From the human T2T-CHM13v2.0 reference genome, Homo sapiens: a stretch of 64,000 nt of DNA. Where the stretch lies: assembly GCF_009914755.1 (NCBI RefSeq), contig NC_060940.1. One strand, given 5' to 3'. Each line of letters begins with the position of its first letter. Within the stretch, counting starts at the first letter, position 1. The notes below the pieces were generated by a model that saw nothing but the letters and a program-made list of their open reading frames with translations, had not been told where the DNA came from and made no database searches. Shown here one piece after another: positions 1 to 16,363 of the stretch. The translations under genes and the position numbers were made by a program.

Positions 1-308
1 CCTGCCTTCCTGGCTGTGCCCAAGCTTGGTCCCTGCCTCCCTGCCTCACTCTCTGGGTCTCCTGTGACACTCCTGTGACACATGACTCCTCTCTCTTCCT
101 GGAGTGATCCAAGCCCTGCCACTTCCTGACTTTGCCCACACTGTACCCTCTGCCTGGGGCAACTTCATGTCTGCCCATTGTCCCTTAGGCCTCAGCCCAG
201 GCACAAGCCCCTGCCTCCGGAGGTCATCCAGGCCTCACCAGGCTACACCCTCTCGTAAAATTGGATTCCCTCCCTTCAGGGCAGGTTTATAATGAAATCC
301 TCCTCAGA

Positions 309-1645
<1,337 letters not shown>

Positions 1646-1960
1646 TCACAGCCTTCGAGCTAGGGGAGAGGCGGCCGAATTCTGCCCTCCGCTAACGAGC
1701 TATAGCTTTGTGGAAATGGGCGAGTGGCGTGCCCTTGTGAGCCTCAGGGCCGCATCTGTAAAATGGGCATAACTGTCATGCCTGTCTTTAAGAACAGCCT
1801 TGGGGGTAAATGAGTGGAACTCATGGAAAGATCTCAGCCCACAACCTTCCACAGAACAGGCGCTTCTCACACAGTAAGTAGCAGGAGTGCAGAGGCTGCA
1901 GGCATGAATCCAGCCAGACTGCCTGGGTTCAAGTCCCAGCTCCCACGTCTTGGTAACTAA

Positions 1961-2268
<308 letters not shown>

Positions 2269-2400
2269 TAGGCATGAGCCACCACACCTGGACACGTTAC
2301 TTAATATTTCTGTGCCTTGGTTTCTTCATCTGTGAAATGGGATTGTTGTGAGAATGCAAAGGGATTCCCAGGGCAGTTCCTTGTGCATAGTCTGGCTGCC

Positions 2401-2402
<2 letters not shown>

Positions 2403-2437
<35 letters not shown>

Positions 2438-2448
2438 ATGTGTGTGTG
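2403..2448. repeat. (TG)n microsatellite
   Basis: Direct reading. Confidence 0.95.
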
Positions 2449-2513
2449 TTTAATATAGAGACAGGGTCTCACTATGTTGCCTAGGCTGGTTTCAAACTCC
2501 TGGGCTCCAGTGA

Positions 2514-2699
<186 letters not shown>

Positions 2700-3693
2700 T
2701 GAGTAGCTGGTACTATAGTCACCCGGCTCCTTGCCCAGCTAATTTTTGTATTTTTAGTAGAGATGCGATTTAGTGATTCTCCTGCATCAGCCTCTTGAGT
2801 AGCTGGTACTATAATCACCTAGCTCCTTGCCCAGCTAATTTTTGTATTGTTAGTAGAGATGCGGTTTCCTTTTTTTTTTTTTTTTTTTTTTTTTTTGAGA
2901 TGGTGTTTCGCTCTTGTTGCCTAGGCTGGAGTGCAGTGGTGCGATCTCGGTTCACCACAGCCTCCGCCTCCTGGGTTCAAGCGATTCTCCTCCTCAGCCT
3001 CCCGAGTAGCTGGGATTACAGGCATGCGCCACCGCACCTGGCTAATTTTGTATTTTTAGTAGAGACGGGGTTTCCCCATGTTGGTCAGGCTAGTCTTGAA
3101 CTCCTGACATCAAGTGATCTGCCCACCTCGGCTTCCCAAAGTACTGGGATTACAGGCATGAGCCACCACGCCAGGCTGGTAGCAGTCTTTCCTAGAATGT
3201 GGATGCCTTGGAAAACAGGGGCTTTGCCTTGTTTCCCTAGAACCTAGAATGGCATCTGGCACACAGCAGATGCTACATCTATTGTAAATGAATGAATGAA
3301 AGAAGTGTCCTTGCAGCCACACTGGCAGCCGTAACATAGTGGTTATAAATCTAGACTCTGGAGTCTCAAGTGCAAATGTCATTGGCCTCTCCTCCAGCCT
3401 CCTCAAGGGGCACTCAATGACTGGAAGCGCCTTGATATGACTGTGGTTGGACTGACATGACTGCCAGATGGTGGGACTTGGTCTGGAGCAGAGACTACTT
3501 GGAATGGTAGAGGCAAAACTCAACAGCCCCTGGAGCTGCGCTTGTGGTGGAGCTGGACCCTGATTTTAGCTGGACCTTGTTTTTAGAGACAGGGTTTCCT
3601 TCTGCAGTCTCAATCTCCTAGCCTTGATTGATCCTCCTGCCTTGGCCTCCCAAAGTGCTGGGACTACAGGTGCATGCAACCACACCTGGCTAA

Positions 3694-4183
<490 letters not shown>

Positions 4184-4439
4184 TAGAGACACAGTCTTGC
4201 TATGTTGTCCAGGCTGGTCTCAAACTCCTGGGCTCAAGGGATCTTCTTGCCTTGGCCTCCCAGAGCACTTAATTACAGGAATGACTGCATGTGCTGTTGT
4301 GCCTATACTTTCTGGAGATACGTTGTTAGGAATTTATGTAGTTGGCCGGGCACGGTGGCTCACGCCTGTAATCCCAGCACTCTGGGATGCCGAGGCAGGT
4401 GGATCACCTGAGGTCAGGAGTTCGAGACCAGCCTGGTCA

Positions 4440-4655
<216 letters not shown>

Positions 4656-5466
4656 TTACATAGTTGAACAACTATTCTTTGGACATCTTTCAGTCCAGTA
4701 GACGGTGTTAAACTTGAAGACAAATAACGATTTGACCTGTGATATTTGTTTTTCCCTCTTATCTTCTAAGCCCATTCATCCAGGTCATTCATCACCTTTA
4801 AAGGCATCCCCAGAGGGAGGCAGGTCTGGACAGAGCTGAAGATTGCACAGGCCATTTGCAGGCTGGATTCGTTCTCTGGTGACCCACCTGTCTGACTCGA
4901 GTTATTTTTTTCCCATGTCTGGACAAGACTGACCTCTGCCCAGCAACTCAGGCCTGGATTTAGTCCAAGGGCCCTCAGTGGCTTTTTTTTGTTTGTTTTT
5001 TCAGGAAGTGAAGAATTTAGAGGGATAAAAGGCGGAAATAACTTTTCAGCCTCTGACCTTTGTAACAATCTGGTTTCCTTTTAAAGGAGCATTGTTTGGG
5101 CCTGGGGCCACCTAGACCTTCTGATGCTCTTTCCCCACCCTTGGAGGAGGAGGAAAGGAAGAAAATGGGCCCTGAGCGATCACCACATACCGGGCCCTGG
5201 GGGTCTAGTGGCGAAGGAGGCAGGTAGGGTCTCTGCTTTCATGGAGCTTCTAGTCAAGCGAGACGCACTAAACAGTAAAGGGACAAATAGGATTACTAGA
5301 GGTAGCCCTAACTACTGGGACAGAAACAAGATGGTAAGATAGAGAAGGAAGAGTGGCCTGCTCAGATGGGGTGGTCCAGAGGCCTCTCGGGGGTGGTGAC
5401 TCCTTTTTATTTTATTTTTTTTGAGATGGAATCTAGCTCTGTCGCCCAGCCTGAAGTGCAGTCGTG

Positions 5467-5925
5467 TGTTTCATGCGCGTCGGTGTGAAGAGACCACCAA
5501 ACAGGCTTTGTGTGAGCAACATGGCTGTTTATTTCACCTGGGTGCAGGCGGGCTGAGTCCGAAAAGAGAGTCAGCAAAGGGTGGTGGATTATCATTAGTT
5601 CTTACAGGTTTTGGGATAGGGGGTGAAGAGCCATGTTTTGCGGGCAGGGGTGGATCTCACAAAGTACATTCTCAAGGGTGGGGAGAATTACAAAGAACCT
5701 TCTTAAGGGTTGGGGAGATTACAAAGTACCTTCTTAAGGGTGGGGGAGATTACAAAGTACATTGAAGAGTTAGGGTGGGGCAGAAACTAATCACAATGGT
5801 GGAATGTCATCAGTTAAGGCTATTTTTACTTCTTGTGTGGATCTTCAGTTACTTCAGGCCATCTGGATGTATACGTGCAAGTCACAGGGGATGCAGTGGC
5901 TTGGCTTGGGCTCAGAGGCCTGACA
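5467..5925 (-). mobile_element. Full-length solo HERV-H LTR (LTR7 family) inserted in an Alu
   Basis: Minus strand reads TGTCAGGCCTCTGAGCCCAAGC...GACGCGCATGAAACA with TG...CA ends, U3 tandem repeats (ATTACAAAG..CTTAAGGGTGGGG on +) and AATAAA. The Alu resumes at 5926. Confidence 0.9.
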
Positions 5926-6093
5926 GTGTGATCTTGGCTCACTGCAAACTCTGCCTCCTGGGTTCAAGCAATTTTTGTGCCTCAGCTTCCCAAGTAGCTG
6001 GGATTACAGGTGCCCGCCACCATGCCCAGCTAATTTTTGTATTTTTAGTAGAGACAGAGTTTCACCAGATTGGCCAGGCTGGTCTCGAACTCC

Positions 6094-6401
6094 TGTCTCA
6101 CATGTCTGTGTGAAGAGACCACCAAACATGCTTTGTGTGAGCAACATGGCTGTTTATTTCACCTGGGTGCAGGCGGGCTGAGTCCGAAAAAGGAGTCAGC
6201 AAAGGGTGGTGTGATTATCACTGGTTCTTATAGGTTTGGAGATAGGCGGTGGAGTTAAGAGCAGTGTTTTGGGGGCAGGAGGTGGATCTCATAAAGTACA
6301 TTCTCAAGGGTGAGGAGAATTACAAAGAAACTTCTTAAGGGTGGGGGAGATTATAAAGAACCTTCTTAAGAGTGGGGCAGATTACAAAGTACATTGATCA
6401 G
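6094..6401 (-). mobile_element. Second, 5'-truncated LTR7 copy
   Basis: Same GTGAAGAGACCACCAAACA...TTTATTTCACCTGGGTGCAGGCGGGCTGAGTCCGAAAA motif; ends abruptly inside U3. Confidence 0.88.
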
Positions 6402-6463
6402 GAAGCAAAGTCTATAGGGAGCTATATAATAGAGGCTGCAGATTCATGGCAGATTCTAAAGCA

Positions 6464-6853
6464 CAGCAGTCCCCAACATTTTTGGCACCAGGGACCGGCT
6501 TTGTGGAAGACAATTTTTCCACAGGCGGCATGGGATGGGGCGCAGGATGGTAATGGTCTTGGGATGAAACTGTTCCACCACAAATCATCAGGAATTAGAT
6601 TCTCATAAGGAATATGCAACCTGGATCCCTCGTGTGTGCAATTCACAACAGGGTTCATGCTCCTGTAAGAATCTAATGATGCTGCTGATCTGACAGGAGG
6701 CAGAGCTCAGGCAGCAATGCAAGCAATGGGGAGCAGCCAGAAATACAGACGAAGCTTCAATTGTTACCCACCATTCACCTTCTGCTCTGTGGCCCAGTTC
6801 CTAACAGGCCACAGACCAGTACATGTCCATGGCCCAGGGGTCAGGGACCCCTG
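6464..6853 (+). mobile_element. MER1-type hAT (Charlie) DNA transposon
   Basis: Terminal inverted repeats CAGCAGTCCCCAAC ... GGGACCCCTG; internal TTAGATTCTCATAAGG...CAACCTGGATCCCTCG motif. Confidence 0.8.
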
Positions 6854-7267
6854 CTGTGGCACATTGCTTAATAGAGGACTGTAGCAGCCATGTGCCCTGA
6901 CCTTTCCTTTTTTTTTTTTTTTTTTTGAGATGCCAGAAACCCAGAATTTTTTTTTTTTTTTTTTTTTTTAAAGTCAAGGTCTGGCTCTGTTGCCCAGGTT
7001 GGAGTGTAGGAGGGCGATCTCAGCTCACTGCAGCCTCAACCTCCCTGGGCTCAGGTGATCCTCCCACCTCAGCCTCCCAAGTAGCTGGGACCACAGGTGC
7101 ACATCACTGTACCCAGCTAATTTTTGTATTTTTTTTTAAGGGATGGAATTTCACCATGTTGCCTAGGTGGGTCTTGAACTCCTGGGCTCAAGGGATTCAC
7201 CCACCTAAGCCTCCCACAGTGTTGGGATTATAGGTATGGGCCACCATGCCTGACCCTAGAGACTATT

Positions 7268-8040
7268 TTTAATACTAGTTTTAGGTTCTCAGAAAAATGG
7301 AGAAGATAGAGATTTCCCATATCCCTCTGACCCCATACATGCATAAGCTCCCCATGATCAATATCCCCCACCAAAGTTGTACATTTGTTAGAACTGATGA
7401 ACCTATGTTGACATTATCGTCATTGGATTCTCATTATCATCCAAAGTCCATATTTTACATTAGGGTTCACTCTTGGTGCTTTACATTCTATGGGTTCAGA
7501 CAAGTATATAATAACATGTATTCACCATTATAGTATCATATGGAGTATTTTCACTGCCCTAAAAATCCTTCCAGGCTTTGCCTGTTCATTCCTCTCTTAC
7601 TCCTAATTCCTGGCAACCACTGATACTTTTGCCTTTTCTAGAATATCATATATTTAGAATCATACAGTAGATAGCCTTTTCAGATAGACTTCTTTCACTT
7701 AGTAATATGCACTTAAGTTTTCTCCAGGTCTTTTTTTGGCTTGATAGCTCATTTCTTTTTAGTGCTGAATCATATTTCATTATCTTAATGAACCACAGTT
7801 TATTTAGCCATTCACCTACAGAAGGACATTTGGTTGCTTCCAAGTTTTGGCAATTATGGATAAAGCTGCTATCAACATCCATATACAGGTTTTCATGTAG
7901 ACGTAAGTTTTCAACTCCTTTGTGTAAATACCAAAGAGTGTGTTTGCTGGGTTATATGGCAAAAACATGTTTGCTTTTGTAAGAAACCAACAAAATGTCT
8001 TCCAAAGTGGCTGTATGATTTTGCATTCCCACCAGCTGTC
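7268..8040 (-). mobile_element. Old L1M 3' fragment
   Basis: Antisense L1 ORF2 C-terminal/3' UTR motifs (TTCCAAAGTGGCTGTATGATTTTGCATTCCCACCAG); L1-like peptides in the ORF track. Confidence 0.75.
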
Positions 8041-8754
8041 ACTGCTAATTGGGCAGACCTCCTTTAGAGATGTCGCCAAAGATAGTGTAATGCTCTTCAC
8101 TGTAGGCATTTATGATCTATACAAGAATAACAGTGGATTCTGGGTCAGTGCCTTTATTTTATCCTGCCAAGTTCAAGAGAAAGGTTTTTTCTTATTCTAA
8201 GAGAAGACTGTTATGGTAAAGTAAAAGGAAGAAATATATAATTACTCTTCTATTGAGGAGGGAGAAGAAGGACACACTGTGATGTAAATGGCAGAAATTC
8301 AATAATTTAATTCAAACTAAAGAGAACGGGAATGTATTGAATTCAGGAATGGAATGTAACGGGAAACTCCACTGGTGGTCTTCAGGCATGGCTGAATCCC
8401 GTGTCTCAAATGATATCTTCAGGAATATGTTCCTCCCATCCCTCAGCTCTGTGTTCCTTGGTGTGGTCTTTACTTTTTCCACTTGGTAATATGAATGTCC
8501 TCCAATATCCTCCCCTACTGCCAGAGATACCAAGAAAGGAGAGCTTCTCTGATAGTTCCATCAAAACTCCCAGGGATGACTCTGATTGGTCAGCCTGCAT
8601 CACATGCCAATTTTCTCGGTCAAGGAAGTGGGACCATGTGATTGACATGAGTATAAGACAATCTGTTCCTGAAAGAAAAGGGTGCTGGGGGAAAAGGCAA
8701 CAGATGTCCACCACAGCATGTTTTTTCACTTTACTGGTTATTATCTCTTTTTAG

Positions 8755-8848
8755 ACTCCCTCAGCACTGGACAGCTGAGACCACGAAGGACTTGGGACCC
8801 TTTCTAGTACTTTTCTCAGGAGATGAATTAAGCTCTATAGCCACAAAG
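8755..8848 (+). pseudogene. OTOAP1: OTOA-like exon 1 of 9 (94 nt): [31 protein letters not shown]
   Basis: Polypyrimidine tract and TTAG acceptor at 8751-8754; AAG|GTAATG donor at 8849. Confidence 0.93.
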
Positions 8849-9853
8849 GTAATGTTGTGCTCCATCTTAAGAAGGCTGAAGGAGTTTGAAGGGGAGAGAA
8901 AGTGTGGTCAGTTATACAGCATTGGGTTTACTGCTGTCTATGGTTCTGGAAGCTTCCTCCCTGCCTCCAAGGGCTAAGATGTTTCCAGCTCCATTCCAGG
9001 ATGTGCAAGGTTCTGGAAAAGGGAGTGAGTCCACAGCTAAATGAACTCAGGCCCTTTTGTGTGGCCCCCCAGGCAGATGTGTGCAGACAGATATTACTTA
9101 GCTACCACTCTGCTATTAGTGTACATCTCACACGCCTGCCTGTTCTGGCTCTCACACTGGCTGGTGCCCTATGCACATGCACATGTATGTCCAGTGTATG
9201 CAATCACATGTGCAAGCACATTTAATCCAATAACAAGTCTTTATTCATCATTACATTTGGGCATGACACTTTTCTAGGAGTAAGGCCCCAGAAGTTAGAC
9301 AGTCTAGGCCAAGGGTCCTGCAAAATAAGCATGAGTTAGTCATTTGTGCTGCATAACAAAGCCACACAATCTCAAGGGCATAGAACAATTCGCATATGTT
9401 TCTTGCTGCCTGATTTGTGGGTCACTGGGGCAGCCCTGCTCTAGAACTTGTTTTTCTCACCATGAAGGTGTGAAACTACCAAAAAAGGGAAGGGATAAGT
9501 ACAATTCTCCTTAAGTCCTAGGTTGGAAATTGGCACACTATCACTTCTGCCACACTCCAATGGCCAAAGTAAGTTACATGACCAAGACCAACTTTAATGG
9601 GGCAGGAAGGAGTCTCCTTCCATGGAGGTGGAGGGCAGGAAAGGAGTGAATGTTTGCTGAATGACAATCAGATCCCCCACAAAGCACATCCACACACTCT
9701 CATACCTGCACTTGCAGGCACAAGGTACACATGGTCACACATGCTCAGCAGGGCCTGAACACACACAACTTCACCTAGGATCACACGCAGCACACATTCT
9801 GAAGTCCAGTCACAGTAAAATCATATTCTGGATGTCTGAATATATAGTTATAA

Positions 9854-10165
<312 letters not shown>

Positions 10166-11701
10166 TGAGCCACCATGCCCGGCCCTGATGCACAAATGTT
10201 ATATATCCATCTATTTTTTTTCCTTCCTTGTTTTTCTTATGTTTAGATGTTTATTATTATTTTTATTTTTCCATAAGGTATTGGGGTACAGGTGGTGTTT
10301 GGTTACAAGAGTAAGTTCTTTAGTGGTGATTTGTGAGATTTTGGTGCACCCATCACCTGAGCAGTATACACTGCAACATATTTGTAGTCTTTTATCCCTT
10401 GGCCCCTCCCACTCTTCCATCCAAGTCCCCAAAGTCCATTGTATCATTCTTATGCCTTTGGGTCCTCATAGTTTAGCTCCCACATATCAGTGAGAACATC
10501 CATATATCTATCTAATCTTAAAAAAATCAACTTCTGAAATTGAAAAAGTCTTGTATCAACACTGTGAAATCTCAAAAACACAGTGTAGAGTTAAAAAAAA
10601 ACCCAGATTGCAAAAGAATATCTATGGTAGGATACAAAGTAAATAAATAAATAGTAGCTGAATTAATTGAAAGCAAATGTAAGCCAAGTTTATATGTAAG
10701 AGAAGTGTAAAAGTGAATGCCAAATTCAGAGTGACAGTTACTTCTGGGGAAGGAGGAAGGCAAAGAGTGAAGGAGGGACTTATTATTTATATTGTGATGT
10801 TTTATTTCTTAAGTTGGGTTGTGAGGACATGGGTGTTTTGTTGTATTATTCTGTATACTCTTTTTTTAAATACTGGAAATGTTTAATAAAGCAAGTAATA
10901 CATGCTCCTGGTTAACAAATCCCAATCGCACCAAAGGTAATAGGATGAGAAGCAAGTCTCCCTCCCACCCCAGACTTCTAGTTCCCTAGCCTCCCTCTTC
11001 AGAGGCAATTGCTGTCCCCAATCTCTTCTGCATCCTTTCAGAAATATCCTGAATATCTATATAACAAGTTTTATATAGGTATAAAAATACCTATATAACA
11101 AGCCTCGCCAACATGGCGAAACCCTGTCTCTACTAAAAACACAAGAGCATATACACACTCTTCTTTAGAAAATACAAAATGGAAAATGCCATTCACTCCG
11201 CTATGCATATTGCTTTCTAAAAGTTAACTGTCTTAGAGTGGTTGCCTTCAGCCTCAGCTGCACATTAGAATCACCTGGGGAGATTCCAAGAGGGACCAAT
11301 CCATGGTATCCAGCCCAGCCCGACTGAGTGAGAATCTTTAGGGGCTGGCTCTGGGTGTCCCAGGTGACTCTTAGGTACAGCCAGGGTTGAGAACTGCTGG
11401 CCTAGACTGTGACTCTAATTCTGAAGATGAGACTAGAAAGGGGAGCTACATAGGCTGAGAGGCTTGCTCTCTGGGTGAGCCGGGACCCAGTGAGGCATAG
11501 CTGTTTGTAGAGCCTGATGGATTATCTGGGCCCATGGGCAGGCCTTCTAATAAAATCCCAAGTCTTGACAAAGTGTATTCGTTCTAGATGAGAAATGGCA
11601 CTTTCTCCAAGGCAACCCAAAGTCCCCTAAGTCCCCTCATTGCTAGTCTCCACCCAGGATGTTGAGACAACCCTTCTTCACCTCCTTTTCATGACAAATG
11701 T

Positions 11702-13440
11702 TGTGTTAGGCAATTCTTTTTTTCTTTCTCTTTTTTGAGATGGAGTCTAGCTCTGTTGCCCAGGACAGAATGCAGTGGCATGATTTCGGCTCACTGCAAC
11801 CTCCGCCTCCTGGGTTCAAGTGATTCTCCTGCCTCAGCCTCCTGAGTAGCAGGGATTACAGGCATACATCACCACGCCGAGTGAATTTTTGTATTTTTTG
11901 TAGAAATGGGGTTTCACCGTGTTGGCCAGGCTGGTCTTGAACCCTTGACCTCAGGTGATCTGCCTGCTTGGGCCTCCCAAGTGCTAGGATTACAGGTGTG
12001 AGCCACCGCACCTGACCTGTGTTAGGCAATTCTTGCATTGCTATAAAGAAATACCTGAGACTGGGTAATTTATAAAGAAAGGAGGTTTACATGGAATACT
12101 ATGTGGCCATAAAAAAGAATGAGATCGTGTTCTTTGCAGGGACATGGATGGAGCTGGAGGCCATCATCCTTAGCAAACTAATGCAGAAACAGAAAACCAA
12201 ATACCGCATGTTCTTACTTATAAGTGGGAGCTAAATGATGAGAACACGTTGTCACATAGAATGGAACAGCAGATACTGGGGCCTATTGGAGAGTGAAGGG
12301 TGGGAGGAGGGAGAAGATCAGCAAAAATAACTAATGGGTACTAGGCTTAATACCTGGGTGATTAAATAATTTGTACAACAAACCTCCATGACACAAGCTT
12401 ACCTATATAACAAACCTGCCATGTACCCCTGAACTTAAAATAAAAGTTAAATTAAAAAAAATAAAATGAAAAGGGCCAGGTGCAGTGGCTCATGCCTGCA
12501 ATCCCAGCAGTTTGGGAGGCCGAGGCGGGCAGATCACGAGGTCAGGAGATTGAGACCGTCCTGGCTAAGAGGGTGAAACCCCGTCTCTACTAAAAAAACA
12601 CAAAAAATTAGCTGGGCGTGGTGGTGGGCGCATGTAGTCCCAGCTACTCGGGAGGCTGAGGTAGGAGAACGGCGTGAACCCAGGGGGCGGAGCTTGCAGT
12701 GAGCCGAGATCGTGCCCCCCACTCCACCCTGGGTGATAGAGCGAGACTCCGTCTAAACAGACAAACAAACACTGCCAGGCACAGTGGCTCACATCTGTAA
12801 TCCCAGCACTTTGGGAGGCCGAGGTGGGCGAATCACTTGAGGCCAGGAGTTTGAGACCAGCCAGGCCAAGATAGTGAAACCTTGTCTACAATAAAAATAA
12901 AAAAAAAATTAGCCTGGCTTGGTGCTGCATGCATGTAATCCCAGCTACTCAGGAGGCTCAGGCACGAGAATTACTTGAGCCTGGGAGGTGGAGGTTGCAG
13001 TGAGTGGAGATCACACCACTGTATTCCAGCTTGAGCAACAGAACAAGACTCTGAAAAAAAAAAAAAAGAGACAAGAAAAGAGGATTGATTGGCTCGTGGC
13101 TCTGCCGACTGTACAGGAAGCATGATGCTGGCATCTGCCCAGCTTCTGGGAAGGCCTCAAGAAACTTACAATCATGGCGGAAGGCGAAGGGGGAGCAGAC
13201 ACATCTTACTTGGCCGACACAGGAGCAAGAGCGTGATGGGGGAGGTGCTACATGCATTTAAACAACAAGATCTCGAGAGAACGCACGCACTATTGTGAGG
13301 ACAGTACCAAGGGGATTGTATTTAACCATTCATGAGAAATCTGCCCCCATGATCCAATCACCTCTCACTGGGCCCCACCTCCAACACTGGGGATTACATT
13401 TCAATAAGATTTGGGTGGGGTACACATCCAAACTATATCA
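11702..13440 (-). mobile_element. MST-type MaLR LTR interrupted by an Alu, an L1 3' end and further Alus
   Basis: MST motifs at 12018-12089 and 13073-13440; 17-bp TSD TGTGTTAGGCAATTCTT at 11702 and 12018 around an Alu. Confidence 0.8.
12090..12470 (+). mobile_element. L1P 3' end
   Basis: CATGGAATACTATG...GGATGGAGCTGGAGGCCATCATCCTTAGCAAACTAA...AAAATAAAAGTT. Confidence 0.85.
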
Positions 13441-14174
13441 AATATAAAGTTTAGTAAAAACTTAGAAATAGCACCAAACCAAAAAAGGGGTAGGTACACA
13501 TACATTTTTTTTTGTTTTTTTCTGAGACAGGGTTTTACTCCCATCACCCAGGCTGGAGTGCAGTGGCATGCTCTCGACTCACTACAACCTCAGCCTTCTG
13601 GGCTCGGGTGATCCTTCTGTCTCAGCCTCCTAAGTAGCTGGGATGACAGGCTCATGCCACCACGCCTGGCTAATTTCTGTATTTTTAGTGGAGATGGGGT
13701 TTCACCATGTTGGCCAGGCCAGTCTTGAGCTCCTGACCTCAAGTGATTTGCCTGCATCGACCTCCCAAAATGCTGGGATTACAAGTATGAGCCACCACAC
13801 CTGGCCTAACCTAAATTTTTTTGTCGATATTACCAGATTGCTCTGCTAATAGTGCACAGTTTGACAGTCCCACGGAAAAATGAATGTGCCCAGCATTAAG
13901 TATTAGCACTTTATTTTATTTTTGACAATCTGATGGGTGAAAAGTGATTTACTTATGTTTTTTAGACTTTATTGGATTTTTATTGAAGTTGAGTATCATT
14001 TTATAGGATTCTTTATAGAGACCACATTAGTGGGACTAGGGAATAGATTTATATGAGAAGTTGCTATAACAAAGAATGAAGGCAGTAAGTAGTGTGACAG
14101 TTTCAACTCTAATTTCAATCTGTATTTAAGGGGTTTTAATTATTATTCCTCTTCTTTCATCTTCTTTCACACAG

Positions 14175-14324
<150 letters not shown>

Positions 14325-14525
14325 TGAGCCACTGTTGGCATAGTAATTAATGTTTTGGGCAGGGTCCCTAACATCAAGAGGCCTCCTTATGCAGGGAACT
14401 GGATGAAATGTCTGCAAAGCAATAGAATGACAAAATCTATAAGCAAAAGAATTACACTTTTGGTTCAGGTGCGATTGCTCAAGCCTGTAATCCTAGCACT
14501 TTGTGAGGTTGAGGCAGGCAGATCA

Positions 14526-14858
<333 letters not shown>

Positions 14859-16363
14859 TTAGAGGACCAACATGGATTAGTGGTTTAACATAGCAGTGAC
14901 AGGGCCGGGCTGGCTACATTTCACTCCTGAGTCTGCCACTTACTGGCTGTGTGGCTTTGGGTAAGCTCTTTAACCTCTGTGTGCCTCAGTTTTCATCCTT
15001 TATCAAATGGGGATAATGAAAGTCTCTACCTCACTGGGTTATTGTGAGAATTAATGGGTTTAAACCCAGAAACATGTTTACCGGAATGCCTGGCATGTAG
15101 CAGATCTTTAATAAGTATTATATATTTTTAAAATTTGATTTTTTTTATTTTTTGAGATGGAGTCTTGCTGGAGTGTCACCCAGGCTGGAGTATAGTGGCA
15201 TGATCTCGGCCCACTGCAACCTCCACCTCCCAGATTACAGCAACTCTCCTGCCTCAGCCTCCTGACTAGCTGGGATTATAGGCATGTGCCACCACGCCTG
15301 GCTAAGTTTTGTATTATTAGTAAAGACGGGGTTTCACAATGTTGGCCAGGCTGGTCTTGAACGCTGGCCTCAGGTGATCCACCTGCCTTGGCCTCCCGAA
15401 ATACTGGGATTACAGGCGTGAGCCACTGCCCCCGGCCTAAAATTTGATTTTATAGAGGCAGGGCCTCGCTCTGCCACCCAGGCTGGAGTGCAGCAATCAT
15501 GGTTCACTACAGCCTCGACCTCCTGGACTCAAGGGATCCTCCCACCTCAGCTTCACAAGTAGTTGGGACTACAGGCATGAACCACCACATCTGGATAATT
15601 TTTTATTTTTTTGTAGAGATAGGGTCTTACTGTGTTGCCCAGGCTGATCTTGAACTCTGAGCCTCAAGTGATCCTCCTGCCTTGGTCTCCCATAGTGCTG
15701 GGATTATAGATGTGAGCTACCATGCCTGTCCAAGTGTTAGATATTTTATTATTATTACCATGCACCTACTAAGTGCAGACTGGGGCCAGGCATGAGGAGA
15801 CAAAGTTAATCACCCCCAGTGATAGTAGTTGACAGTCAGTGCTTGCTTTCATCCACCCAACAAATATTCGTTAAGCACCAATTTTGTAAATAAAGAGCTT
15901 ACTTTCAAATGGAGGGTAGCAAGACAATAAATTTCCATACATAAGTAAAATATATGGTATATTGTATGAAAAGTGCCAAGAAGGAAAATAAAGCAAGGGA
16001 ATGCACCACGAGTGTTGAGAGGGGACTGTCATGTGAAAAGAGAATCATGAAGGAACATCTTATTGAGAAGGTGACATTTGAATGAAGACCCAAGGGAGAG
16101 TGGGCCATGTGGATATTTTCAATTAGAGTCTTCCAGGCAGAGAGTGCAACAGGACCACTTCCATGAGTGGGAGGTAAGGGCCAGTGTGTTTGGAGGGGAG
16201 TGAGAGACAAGGCCAGCCATGTAGTGACTGTTAAAGGAAACCCTAATGACTTTGGCTTTTACTCTGGGTGGAGGCATCGTGTGACATCGAGCAAAGAAGT
16301 ATCACAATTGGATTTGTGTCTACCTTGGGTGATTATCCCTCCATGCATTATCTTGTTCTCCCG

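Noticed and set aside
5467-6401. Two LTR7s as the ends of a deleted HERV-H provirus
   Set aside because: The spacer is the collinear continuation of the host Alu, with no primer-binding site, polypurine tract or internal viral sequence.
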